This document shows, piece after piece, positions 20,648-32,616 of a stretch of 64,000 nt of DNA. The DNA is taken from positions 124,001 through 188,000 of the forward strand of contig OZ025666.1 in NCBI GenBank assembly GCA_964019335.1, read 5' to 3'. Origin of the DNA: Diplonema japonicum. Lineage: Eukaryota > Protista > Euglenozoa: Diplonemea. Below the pieces are notes generated by a model that made no database searches, had not been told where the DNA came from, and saw only the letters and a list, made by a program, of their open reading frames with translations. The translations under genes were made by a program, and so were the position numbers. Each line of letters opens with the position of its first letter. The stretch's first letter is position 1.

Positions 20648-20806
20648 ATCTAAAAGGGGTAAATGGGGTTTGGTTGGGTGTTACACGTTAGTTACTTTTC
20701 ACGTTTCCTTTAAAAATTCGGGAGAAAAAAAAATTCCTTCCTTCATTAAACTTGTTCCATTCAGAGAGCGGGAGGGGTGCACAAATAAAGCAATGTGAAG
20801 AGAAAA

Positions 20807-21689
20807 ATGCAGGAATTCGACAGCAAGATCGACCTGAATAATGAATATACACCAAATTTACAAAGGGTTGGAGAGGAGAGCAGCACCGCAGGGCAGGTGA
20901 TGATGTGTGGGGTGTGCGGGAGAGGTGTGGGTGCGTCGCTGCTGCGGATACACCAAAAGCAATGTATGAAGAAAGCGTCACGTAAGGTGGAGCCTGCAGT
21001 AGAGATGAGGAGCAAGGTGTGCAAAACATGCGGCAAGTCCTTCTCGGTGGAGCTACATGCTATACACAAGAAGACCTGCCGCAAGAAATCACAACTTCCA
21101 GCACCGGGGGGTGTACCAGTGCCTGTGTCATCCTTGTCGCAAGTAACAGAAAAGAAAAAACGTGCAAGGCGTTCCCGCCCTAAAGAGGACACACAGACAA
21201 TTGTACTGCAAAGCAACAGGCTAGCTCACGTGGCACAGAACCTCCCACAGCCATCAGAAGACGTGGATTACCAAAAGTATGAAAAGGGGGGGGGAAATTA
21301 AAATCGAACGCAGGCTGAAAAGCAAGTACGACGCCATTATGTCGAACCAAAGGAAGCTGGAATCGAAACTGGAAGGCATCTTGTACCAGATGCAGCCGAA
21401 GGAAAAGGAGAAGAAAATAGTGTCCATCTGCAAACCGCCATCTCACGAAGGGAAGTGCTGCTTCATGAAAGATGGCGCTCAGCGTCGTTACCAACGCAAA
21501 GCGACAGGGGCGGGGGGAGCGGGGTTACTGTTACCTCCGGTGAAGTGTCCCTTGGTGCCGAGCAAGGGCAGCTCGATCCCTTACTTGAAAGACATGCTAT
21601 GTAATACTTATTCGCAAAACAGGCTGGAAACATCGGGGAGGGACCTCCCGTCTCTGATACCTGTTCACAAAAATAGGAGGGTGTTGTAA
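20807..21689 (+). CDS. C2HC zinc-finger protein; intron 21277-21313
   Basis: CGVCGR..HQKQC and CKTCGK..HKKTC; a 37-nt GT-AG intron joins the two track ORFs in frame. Confidence 0.75.
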
Positions 21690-21870
21690 AAGTTTCTTTT
21701 GCTGCAAGTTTTTTTTTTTTTTCTTTTTTCCGCCCCTCTCTCTTTCCCTTTGCTTGTTCTCTTTTCTTCTTTTTTTTTTATCCTTTTGCACAACCGCATT
21801 TCCCCCCCCTATTCCAGAGCCCCGTTGTTGAGGCAGTGGTCGGGGACCAGAGGGAGGGGGTGGGGGAACA

Positions 21871-22535
21871 ATGTCAGGCGAAGGGCAGATTACAACGCTT
21901 CACATCTCCAACTTGCCGGATGACTTCAAAGAACGCGAACTCTTTTTGCTGTACATCGCAATGGAAGGGTTCCAGCACGGGCAATTGAAGTTCAGCAGCC
22001 CGGGGAAGACGCTCGGCTTCGTTACTTTCGAGACCGTGGAACAAGCTGCGGCGGCGATGGAAAAAACAAACGGTTTGGTCTGGAACGGATCCACCCCCGA
22101 GTTCACGCTGAGAGTGGGGTTTGCATCTGCACAGTCTCGTGTCAGAAAGACCGACAAGTCCATCATATCTAACAGACCCAATAGACGGGTCAATTCCTCA
22201 TGGACAGGCTATCGCAGCCCTCCCTCTCAGTACCCACCCGGTCCCCAGTCTCTCCCAGGATCACCTCAGCAAACATCTGGGACCACGCTCTTCGTTGGCG
22301 GGGTGGACCCTGCAATGAACGAGCAAGCTTTGATACACTTGTTTACACTGTATGTGCAATGGAAACCGAAAAAAGCTCCACTTACAGTTACAATCTCACG
22401 AAAATTACCAAAAACGACTCCAAAGCATGGATATGCTTTAACACGCACGAAGAGGCTAAGTACGCCCTCCACCGCATGGATGGATACGTTGGCCAAAACC
22501 AACCGACACCTTTCAAGGTTTGTCAGTTTTTTTTT

Positions 22536-22574
<39 letters not shown>

Positions 22575-22621
22575 CAAACACATCGCAGGTCTCGTTTGCA
22601 AAGTCCGACACAAGGCGGTAA
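21871..22621 (+). CDS. Two-RRM RNA-binding protein; introns 22350-22387, 22518-22588
   Basis: TLHISNLP/GFVTF and TLFVGGV/AWICF..FKVSFAK after splicing. Confidence 0.85.
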
Positions 22622-22888
22622 CATATCCGCGCGCCCTCCCCTTTTTTTTTTCTTTTAAAGTTCACACACCCTCACACCTAGTGTTTTCGTTTCTTTTCTT
22701 TGCTTTCCTTTTTTTTTTTTTTTTTTTTTTTTTTCTTTTTTTTTTTTGTTCTTATTTTTTTTCTGCTTCAGTCGGTTCGGGGCTTTCTCCTTGCTGTTTC
22801 TTTCTTTTTTTCTTTTCTAAGGTGGTGGGGATAACATGGAAATATAAAGAAGTACATCAGATGTGTTGTTCGCTGTTGACCTCCCCGT

Positions 22889-23069
22889 CGGTCATCACCG
22901 GTAGCGCCCAAGTGGAAGAAGCAGATGCTCTGGGTGGCGAACAGGCAGCAAACTACACGGGCTCAGAATCTTGGTTACCCGGGGCGCCCCGGCTGGGGTT
23001 GAGCTGCACACCGCACGCATTAAGGACACGACGCGGAACGCAGAAGAAGCTACAGCTAGGCCGAGGTGC
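22889..23069 (-). repeat. Dispersed repeat copy A (inverted relative to 38453-38588)
   Basis: GGCTGGGGTTGAGCTGC..TTAAGGACACGACGCGGAACGCAGAAG is the reverse complement of the block at ~38465-38520, with further matching blocks on either side. Confidence 0.85.
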
Positions 23070-23329
23070 GCCCCCTGTAATCAAGTAAATGGTGCTTGTG
23101 CAGGGTGCCCCCACCGGCTTCCTGTAAATCATCGAGTTTTCTTTTCTTTCTTTCTTTTTTTTTTTTTATTTATTTTTTTGCCCCCCTCCCTAGTGTTTTT
23201 GGTTGGGGACCCCATAAATAAAGTAGACTTTATTTATTTTCCCTTGTTTTGGCTAGAAACATCAAAAAAAGTAACTTTATTTTTTTCCTCATGTTTCTTG
23301 CAAGTTTGTGATCAGTGGTGGCTGAACTA

Positions 23330-23590
23330 AGAGAACATGTAAAGAACGAGCGTTTCTTCTCTCCAAATAAGAGATGACAAGCCAACTGAAGCAGTGCTTG
23401 GGAAGACCGCTTTCTATGAGTTAGGTAAGATTGTTGCATGTGAGTTGATGCTCCCCAAAGTTGACTTGTTAACGGGCCATACGTTTAGGCGCTCTTGTGC
23501 TACGCAAGCCGCTGCCAGCGGGGCCACATCATCCCAAAGCGAGGCAATGGCCAGGACGTACGTGGACCAAAGCCCACTTTCTCAAGGCAC
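23330..23590 (+). pseudogene. Tyrosine-recombinase (Crypton-like) C-terminal fragment
   Basis: LGK..ELGKIVACELMLPKVDLLTGHTFRRSCATQAAASGA..SEAMARTYVDQS retains HxxR and the catalytic Tyr; the GW segment is deleted and the upstream frame is broken. Confidence 0.7.
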
Positions 23591-24593
23591 AATGTGCGAC
23601 AAGACCCATCCACCAAGCCAGCCACCTTCACCCAGGCCGAGCAGAAGAAGTAGTAGACAGAGTCTGACTAGTAGTTCGACTACTAGTTCTCCCCTTTTTT
23701 CTTTTCTTTTCTGCCATTATTTATTTTTTAGCATGCCAAAAATAAAACGTCCCCAGCCAAAAAACACTAGGTCGGAGGGCAAAAACGATAAATAAAATCA
23801 CAGATTCTGCTATTAAAGTGGACTTTATTTTACCAAAACCAATAGTTTTTTTTTTTTTCATTCTCTAGATCTCGTCTTTCTGCTCTGGGCTTCTTTTTAC
23901 GAGTTGAGAGAGAGAGGGGGGAGGAGGGGGAAATAAAAGTGGCAGTACAAATCTATGTTTTGGAGTAATGGAAGTACATTCAAGTTATTCACCCTGCAAC
24001 AAGGTGGGTGAAAAGAAACACAGAAACAAAACGAAAGCAATTTGTATTTAGGCCTGTGTGAAGCTTTTGAGCCGAAGAACTGAAAAGAAAACGACTTTAC
24101 CGCTCGGACTAAAAGGTGGTATTTGGATTAGGGACGGGTAAAAAAAGGGAGTTGGTGAACACACTTGTTTTTTTCTTTTTTCTTTTTGTTGTTCTTGGTT
24201 TGTTTCTTTCTTAAAGGGTGCTTGTCCGGAAAAGTGGTTTCTTATGTGCCAAGTCGGTTTATGCTTTGATATTCAATCTTTCCCTGCCATAATGACCCCA
24301 GAGTCAGCGCCCTCCCTTTTTTCGTGGTAATCAATGGTCTTTGGGTAGGACACTAGACTAATTTCCCCCACAGGATCTCACAATGATTACGCAGACGAAA
24401 GAAAGAAAGGTAGAAAAAAGCAATTCCCCCTCGCAGACCTCGTGCCCTTCTTAATTTAGTCACATTTGCTTCCTCCTTTTTCCCTTCTTCATTTCTCCTT
24501 GCCTTTTTTCTTTTCATGTTATCTCTGGCACATTGTATTATCGATTTTGAACACATACAACGAACTCATTTATCAACCGTGCTGCATCGACAT

Positions 24594-24666
24594 GGTCGTG
24601 TAGCTCAGTCGGTAGAGCATTGGTCTAATAAGCCAACGGTCCCAGGTTCGAGCCCTGTCACGACCA
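24594..24666 (+). tRNA. tRNA-Ile(AAT)
   Basis: GGTCGTG/CACGACC+A, TTGGT-CT-AAT-AA-GCCAA, GGTTCGAGCC, then TTTTT. Confidence 0.95.
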
Positions 24667-24708
24667 ATCTTTTTATCCCCTTTTCCAAAAGGTGAGAGTA
24701 AATTAAAA

Positions 24709-27109
24709 ATGGCCACTTTCAAGGTTCGTGTTGCATGCGATCTCTACGGCTCGAAACACAATGCCATGTTCCTGTTCAAGCCTCCTCCGTCTGCTCTTGA
24801 CGAGATTATTGCTGAGGCGCAGAGGTTCTATCAAGAAGAAGCCGAGAACAGGAAGCCGGCGGGGAACCCGGGTCCCGCTTTCCAGATTGTTGCTTTGCAA
24901 ATATACGCGGTTTCTGGGAGATGGGAGGATGTTGTTAACGTTGACCAGTTGACAGACGGGTGTCAGTTGTATGCGTTCCAACAGCAGAATGCGGCACATC
25001 AGGATAACTTCGGTGCTATTCCTGAGGCAATCACTGAGGATCTTGAACCTGCATTCGATGGGCAGAGACCGATCACGGTACAGACAGTTGATGGTCCGAG
25101 GGAGCTCCAGGCCTTCGAAATGCTGGACTTGAAAAAAGATGGTATCATCACATTAGACGAGATGGTCGAGGCGTTCCAAGGATTGCACCTCAGGTTCACG
25201 CCTTCACAAGTGCAAGATTTGTTCGTGGTTGCTGACGAGGACAGGGATGGTGTGGTTACCAGGGAAGAGTTCGATAAGTTCGCTGTTAGATTCCCGACCG
25301 TTATCGACTCCATCCACCAAAAGAAGATCGACGACGAGGTTCTCGAGAAGGGTCAGGTTGTTCTCCGCGACGCTCAAGCTGCGCTTCATGCAGAACAAGA
25401 AGTCGAAAAGAAGCTTCTTGAGGATGCTGCTTCCGCATCAAAGAGGGTCCGAGACCTCATGGGACAGATTGCAGACCACAAGATGAACCAAGAAGTGGCT
25501 CTGCAACGTAAACCCGTCGTCGAAGCTCAGCAGCAGCAGCTCATCGAACAAGAACTTGCTTTGGCAGCACAGAAGGAGAAGTTAAAGCAAGCACAGGAAG
25601 ACATCAGGAGGGACATCGAAGAGCAGCTGAACAATGTGTCTACTTCCGTTGGGCTCATCCACAGAGAGTTGACTCCCACCCATCACCAGCAGCAAGCGTA
25701 CCCCGACGCACTCCAAGAGCACATTTCCGCTCAGGTGGATGAAGGTAGACAAGTGTCTGCGTCCTCAAACACTTCGTCGTTTTTCCTGCCCTCCGAGTCA
25801 CCGCGTGTGTCGCACCCTCAGCAGGGTCACTCGCATCTCCCCGCCGCTTGGGACGATTCTCTTCCGCCTACTCCTGCAACGAGGCCCAAGCTTCCCGTCG
25901 GTACTGAGGTCGAGGCGTGCAACTTTGAAACTAAACCCGAGTTCAACGGTTTGAGGGGGAAAGTTGTTGCCTTGAGGGAAGATGGGAAAATTGCTGTTGA
26001 CTTTGTGATCAGAGGCGGCCTCACGCTTGACATGCTTGCAAATAACATCAGAGCTGTGCCTTCACCCACGTTCCCGCCTATTGGCACTGATGTTGAGACT
26101 ACTGGGCCTGCTAAGGCAACAGCAGGGGGTTTTGTCGATTTGAGGGGGCAAACTGGAAAGGTTGTTGGTTGCCGCAGCGGAACACTCCTGTGCGAATTCC
26201 CCCCTAAGGCTGGGCTTTTCGAGATCAAGCCGCAACACGTCCTCCCTATGGAAGGGCCCCCGTCTGGACAGCAGATCATGTCTGCAGTTACCGAGCTATC
26301 TAAGAGACAGGCCCCTCAGGACAATATGGCCATCGAGCTGGAAAAGGCCAGAAGGGAGGCAGAGGTTTTAAGGAAAGAACTTAATGCTGAGAGGACGAAA
26401 TCGCGATCCCAGGCTCCGCAGAGCCCCAACCCCGAGGTCCAAGCAGCCTTGGAGAGGCTGGGCAATTTGAGTTCACCACAGGGGGCCAACCCTTTTATCT
26501 CTGCTCTTCCCACCTCACCAGTTCAGGTATTTCCATGTGCAGCAAAATATTATCACAGTTCCCTCCGACCCTTGTGCCTTCCTCTCTCCTTCCTACCACA
26601 AATGCCTTAAATGCCACGGTGTGTTAACTTAACTGAATTAAACAATCGACAGGACACATCTGCAGTGTGGAGTTCCAATGCCCGCAATCTGAGCCCTGCT
26701 AGGCATGCTAAGGTATGTAAGCAACAAATATCTAATTTCGACCCTGGGCATGCAGAATCCCCCTTGGCGCAGTCGGTAGCGCGTCAGGCTGTTAACCTGC
26801 AGGTCGTTGGTTCGAACCCAACAGGGGGAGTTTTTCACCGAATCTTTATTTGAAGTGGTGAATCCCAGGGCTTTCTTTTTTTGTAATTGGTCTTATCTCC
26901 AAACAACACAGGCTTCGAACAGCCCTGCTGCTGATAGGTACACTTCGCTGCTTCCTTCTACACAAGAGATTCTTAACAAGGTGCATGCTTCTATGTCACC
27001 GCCTGTCGCTTCTGGAGCAAGTGTTGCTGCCACCTTGGCAGGCACGCCACCCAGTTTGAAGAAGCCAACCACATACTCTCTGGGCCCTATTGACCTTTCT
27101 GAGATTTAG
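24709..27109 (+). CDS. BILBO1-family protein (N-terminal domain, EF-hands, coiled coil, extra C-terminal repeats); introns 26527-26652, 26713-26911
   Basis: VRVACDLYGSKHN..WEDV..DQLTDGCQLYAFQ matches the BILBO1 N-terminal domain pattern; two EF-hands; exons join in frame. Confidence 0.8.
26758..26830 (+). tRNA. tRNA-Asn(GTT), intronic
   Basis: TCCCCCT/AGGGGGA+G, CAGG-CT-GTT-AA-CCTG, GTTGG-TTCGAAC-CCAAC, then TTTTT. Confidence 0.95.
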
Positions 27110-27557
27110 ATCCATTGTATACTTATGAGTGAAGCAAACGAGGCTTGTGTACTTGGTCTCTTTTGTTTCTCTTCCTTTCACCCTTCTCTCCTTTTTTTAA
27201 AAAAAAAAAACTCAAAGAGCTTACTTCCTCTCGTAGAATACCCCTTCTCTTTCCCACCTCTTGGAGTTCACAAGATGCTCCTTTGTGATTTCGCTTCCTC
27301 TCCTTGTATTTTGTTTTTTGTTCTTTTATTTGTCCCCTTCGCTACTTGTTGTTGTTTTATCTTTGCCCCTGTTCCCAATCCACTGTCCTTTCCCCCCCCC
27401 TCTTTTTTGTTCCCTTTTTTTTTCAGTGCGAAAAGAAAAGAGAAACCGATGGGGGAAAAGAAAATACCCATCGTTCCCGAACCTTGATTATCTTCCATTT
27501 CGTCTTTTTCTTCTTTTGCAGGATATTATTCCATCACAGATAACCATCATCCACAAA

Positions 27558-29174
27558 ATGAAATCACTGCTTATTGCTAGCATGTTAATGCTTTGTGCAG
27601 GAGGTGCCGAAGCATGGGGTGGGTACCATAGAGGATACAGGTACAGTCTGCCTGGAGATTGGTTGTGGCCGTCTGACAGCCAATTTATGTGGTTCAAGCA
27701 TTTTATCTCTGGGGAAGTGCATGTAAAAGGGGATGACACGTATGCCCCGTACACGTTTAGCACAAGGACTAACCTCCCTCAGCCCGCCGTAATGGTGTTC
27801 CCTGACTGCGTTAGGGACATCCAAAAGACTCTGCGATTCGCGAGGTGGCACAACATGAGGATCTCTGTGTTAAGTACAGGGCATCACATGGATGTGAGGA
27901 ACATTGCCGACAACGCTGTGCATATCGTGATGAGCAACTTTAACGAGAAGACCCTCATTGATGCTGGGGACGACAAGCATATCCAAGTGGGCCCGGGTCA
28001 AACCTTCGGCGAAATCACCGACTTTGTTCAGGAAGAAACCTATGGTGAATGGGTTATCGCAACTGGCGCCGATAGCACAGTGGGTCCCTATGGCTGGTCA
28101 ACCGGCGGCGGCCACGGCTACCTCAGCAGAAAGTATGGCCTTGGTGCTGACCACCTTGTTTCCCTCCGTGTGGTCCTCACAAACGGGAGGGTTGTAACCG
28201 CCTCGGAACACAGGCATCGAGAACTCTTCAGGTCCCTCCGTGGGAGCGGTGGATCTGCATACGGTATCACTGTTAGCATGAGGTTCAAGCTTCACCCCAC
28301 ACCAGAGAAAGTCACAACCTTCTTTGGTGCCTTTTTCCCTCAGTCCCCTGATCACTCTGCCCTCATCATGCAGAGCTACCACAATTTCATCTCAGGTGCG
28401 ACGAAGGAATCTGGCGGCTACTACCTCACGATGGGTTTCATCCCTGGAAACCCTGTATTTATCGTGTCCTTCTGCTATGGCGATGACTGCGACCAGCACA
28501 TCTCAAAGCTGTCAGGGATCCCGGGGTGCGTACCGGGGCTGCTCCCAGGAAACTGCCAGCAGAACAACACCGATACCTACTACAACCTGGTAAACGCCCT
28601 GGCCCCTTCTGCGGGCGGCAACCAGTACACTATTTCGACGTCGGTGTCTGCCGACAAAGCTTTGGACCTTATCAACACAACCACTGCATGGGTGCTAAAA
28701 CCCGAGACCATCCCGATGACGAAGTTCTGCACACAGAGCTCTGTGTTAGGTGGGGAGATGAAGAACCTTGACCTCGACGGTGAGTCGACCTCTGTGTCGC
28801 CTGGGATGCGTAACGCGGACATCCAGGTGACTTGCGTGGGAACATGGGCAGACAGTGCGACCGTGCCGCAGAGGGAGCAGATGGTGTCGGACATGGACAC
28901 ATGGGGTGAAGCTACCATCAAGCCTTTCGGGACTGGGTGGGTGTACTGGAATGAGCCGCAGCACAACTTCCCTGCAAACGACTGGAAGGAGCGCTACTGG
29001 GGCGACATGAGCAACTACAACAGGCTCTTCAGGACGAAGCAGAGATATGACCCTTGGAACTCCATCACCTGCTACCACTGCGTCGGCTGGGACTTCGCGG
29101 AGACCGTCGACCCTGCTGTGTGTCCCGAGCAGGACTGCACCTGTTCTAACAACCCTAAGGGCGCTTGTAACTAA
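27558..29174 (+). CDS. Secreted FAD-linked oxidoreductase (berberine-bridge-enzyme-like)
   Basis: Signal peptide; STGHH, TVG..G..TGGGHGYLSRKYGLGAD, YWNE..YWG..NYNRL..KQRYDP. Confidence 0.9.
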   Translation: MKSLLIASMLMLCAGGAEAWGGYHRGYRYSLPGDWLWPSDSQFMWFKHFISGEVHVKGDDTYAPYTFSTRTNLPQPAVMVFPDCVRDIQKTLRFARWHNMRISVLSTGHHMDVRNIADNAVHIVMSNFNEKTLIDAGDDKHIQVGPGQTFGEITDFVQEETYGEWVIATGADSTVGPYGWSTGGGHGYLSRKYGLGADHLVSLRVVLTNGRVVTASEHRHRELFRSLRGSGGSAYGITVSMRFKLHPTPEKVTTFFGAFFPQSPDHSALIMQSYHNFISGATKESGGYYLTMGFIPGNPVFIVSFCYGDDCDQHISKLSGIPGCVPGLLPGNCQQNNTDTYYNLVNALAPSAGGNQYTISTSVSADKALDLINTTTAWVLKPETIPMTKFCTQSSVLGGEMKNLDLDGESTSVSPGMRNADIQVTCVGTWADSATVPQREQMVSDMDTWGEATIKPFGTGWVYWNEPQHNFPANDWKERYWGDMSNYNRLFRTKQRYDPWNSITCYHCVGWDFAETVDPAVCPEQDCTCSNNPKGACN

Positions 29175-29623
29175 AATATTTCCGCTGTTTTTCTATATTA
29201 TGTGGGTTTGGTACTAACAGTGATACATTGTCGGTAGAAACACACTTTTATTCTTGTTTCCTTTTCTTGTTTGTTTTCCCCTGTGTGCGAATGCTTTTTG
29301 AGTGCTAACCGACCAACACCTGGTTAACCAGAGAGGATCACGTGTGATGATTTTCCCTACTTCTCCGTCTGGAAGACCGATGGAAGCATCAAGACGGCCC
29401 CCCTTCCCCTCCCATATCTTGTTGCGATGGCTCAACATTCTCCGACCTTATCTATTGTCAAATCGAATACTGCGATGCTCATCCTCGCAATAAAGGCGGC
29501 AGGAAAAAAAAAATGCGATTTCTCTTTCACAAACTCGTTCCTCTTGTTTTTCCTTTTTACCTATTACCCTACTAGTTATCTATATCCCTGTTACTCCTTT
29601 TTATATTTTAAACGGCACGGCTT

Positions 29624-29663
<40 letters not shown>

Positions 29664-29678
29664 CACGAAATAAATAAA

Positions 29679-31821
29679 ATGACAGATGCAAGGGTTCGAA
29701 AAGAAGAGATACACAGCAGGAAGTTTGAGCGGGACAGCAAGATGGGCAGGGTGTATGTAAAGCAGAAGAGGCTTGGGCAAGGGGCATTCGGTGAAGGGTG
29801 GTTGTGCGCCGACAGGATCGAGAAAAGGATGGTAGTAGTGAAGATCGGGTCCTGTCCAATTCTGTCGGACAAGGAGGAGTACAACGCGAAGAAAGAGGTG
29901 TGCATCATGCAAGCAATGAACCACCCGAATGTAGTAAAATTCTACGAAGCATGGATCGAGCGCAACGCATCTGGCGACGAGCGTCTTCACATCGCAATGG
30001 AGTACTGCGACTCCGGCGATATCGGAAGTCTACTGAAGAAGAAGCTGAACGACGATCGCAACCTACGCATATTGTCGACCATTGCCAACGAAGCACGCAA
30101 ACAATGCGGCACCATTATCAAAGGACACTACGTCGACGATCTCCTATGCGACAAGGACCTCTTCAACTCCATGCACTCCAAAGTCACGCACATCACAGAG
30201 CGCATCTACACCGACACCGTCGAAAAGGAAGGTAGGATCAATTCCTGGAGCCTCGCTGAGCTCGAAAGCTGGTTGGTGCAGCTCCTGTGGGGCATCTGGT
30301 ACATCCACAAGAAGAAGGTTGTCCACCGCGATATCAAGCCTGACAACATCTTCCTCACAGGAGGCGGCAAGATCATTAAAATCGGCGATTTCGGAGTCTC
30401 CGGCCTCCAAGCCCACACCAACGCGAACCTTTCCACGCGCGCAGGAACACCCCTCTACATGGCCCCTGAGATGTGGGACGGCGGCTCCTACACCGACCGC
30501 GTCGACGTCTTTGCCTTGGGTATTATGTTTTATGAGCTATGCGGCTTAGTCCGCGCTTACGAAGCCACGTTCCCCATGGCCGAGAAGTGGGGCGGTGCAT
30601 GGAGCGCTCGCAGCATCAAGTTCCTCAAGCGTCAAATCGTGTACCCCACCGTGAGGCCCATGCACCTCCCGCAGAAGCAAATCGAAGCAAGCTTCTTCGA
30701 AGTCATAAAGACCATGATCAGAAAGGATCCGAAGGTGAGGCCTACTGCTGGTCAAGTACTGCGCTCCATCAGAATGCAGGCTGTCGCAAGGAGGGTGCTC
30801 GAAACCTTCAGAGACGCAGGGATGACACACGGAGGCGACCCCCTCGTGCAGAACACCGACCAGCGCCACCAGAACATCTACAACCCTGCCAACAACCAGT
30901 ACACGCTGCATGACACGGCGCGCTTCCAGTGCAGCAGCCACGACTCGGAGGTGCTGATGATGACGTCAAGGTCGACGCGCCTCTCGATCCGTGAGAGGCC
31001 TTCGTTCGAGGAGAGGACGATCGGGTACCTCACCAACGGGGACATCGTCGAGGTCATGGAACGTGTGGCGCATGAGGGTGTTGAGTGGTTGAAGTTCGAG
31101 CACGGCTACTGCATCGCAAAGCACGACGGGAAGCGTTTGATGACACCATGCCCAGAAGATCTTCTCTGCAGAGACGAAGCAGGGATGGAGGTGCTGGGGG
31201 CTTACGGCGCAGTTCTACAAGATGTACACGGTCTACTGAAGGATGCCTTGAGGGACAGGATTGACAAGGCGAAGGGGTCTGCTGAAAGTAATTTGAAGGA
31301 ACCGAAGAAAGCAGCACGCAGGAGCAGCTCGCCTGTCGCTGTGGGTGTTGTGAAGCGAAACTGCTCGCCTGCAAGGAGGGCATCATCGCCTGCCGTTGGC
31401 AAGCCTGCAGGCCCCGCCCCACAGCCCCAGCCGAAGAAGGCACCTGTAATGGAGCCGTTTTTGCAGCGCAACTCACCTGTTAAACGTAGGCCTTCGAACT
31501 CGCCTGTTGTGAAGAGGCTCTCTGCCCCTCAGCGTAGGACGTCGTCCCCTGTCAGGAGATGCAGCAGCCCAGTGCGGTCCCCCATTACCAGACCCGCTAG
31601 AACACCATCTCCCGTCAGGAAGGAGGAGGTAAAGTTGCCTGCTAAAAAGTTAAAAGAACAGGTCATCACAAGGCTTGGGAAGGACGAGGCAAAGAGGCTG
31701 TATCAGGAGTACTTTGGATGCTACGAGAGCTGCATCGCCAAGGGGAAGATGAAGCCTGGGGGCACGTGCCAGCAGTTGCAAAAGTACGAACTCGCGCTTC
31801 ATTTGTATGTTTTAGGACAAG

Positions 31822-31860
<39 letters not shown>

Positions 31861-31929
31861 AGAAAACTCGGCAACGACGGAAACTTGGTGAGCAACATCA
31901 GAAAGTGCGCTGAGATGCAGTTTCAGTGA
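29679..31929 (+). CDS. NEK-family Ser/Thr kinase; intron 31805-31862
   Basis: LGQGAFG, HPNVVKFYEAW, IAMEYCDSGD, HRDIKPDN, DFG, GTPLYMAPE. Confidence 0.92.
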
Positions 31930-32616
31930 CGTTAAGAAGCTCTACAGAAGAAACCTACAAACTGTTATATAATTAAGGCAAAGAGAAAAGGAGCTAAAAA
32001 AAAAAAGTAAAAAAAAAGGGGAAAGGGGCACCAAGCATCAACGCAATGAACAAGGAATGGAATGAGCCTCCCCGCGGTTCCTTCTTTTTTATTTTCCATA
32101 TGGAAATGAATTGTGTGCTAGTTAATTGTAGTTGTAGACTTGCTTTGCCCTTTTCTCCGTAGAAGAAGAAAAAAAAGAAAGAAAGAAAGAAAGAAACAAT
32201 GAGCACCGACACCGTCCTCTGTTTCTAAATGCCAAAAATGTGAACGCCAATAGTTAAATGGTTTTTTTTGGCAAATGGAGATGTGAGGGTGGGGAAGGGC
32301 AGTTGTTTCTTTTTTTTTTTTTTTAAACCTATTTTTTTCTTTCTTTCTGTTTCTCTTTTTTTTAAAAAAAAAAGAATATTTTGCCTATTCACTTCTCCCC
32401 CTCCCCCCTTTTTTTATTTCCAGTTTAAACCTTTTCCCTTCCTCTCTGTTTTACACAACACTCGCTCGTAACAGCACATTTTTCTCTCTCTTTTTTTTCA
32501 TATCCTTCGCTTTCTCTCGTATGCCTCCAAACAACCCTTAAGAAAAAGGGTTGTTTTTTCTTCTTCTTTTTCTTTCTCTTTCTTTTCCTTAAATTAACCG
32601 TACACAGGACAAAACC

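Noticed and set aside
21270-21320. Programmed frameshift at the G run
   Set aside because: A 37-nt GT-AG intron removes the run and restores the frame.
24240-24590. snRNA or SL RNA gene linked to the tRNA, as in trypanosomes
   Set aside because: I could not see U2, U5, U6 or SL motifs on either strand; a covariance search could still find a divergent one.
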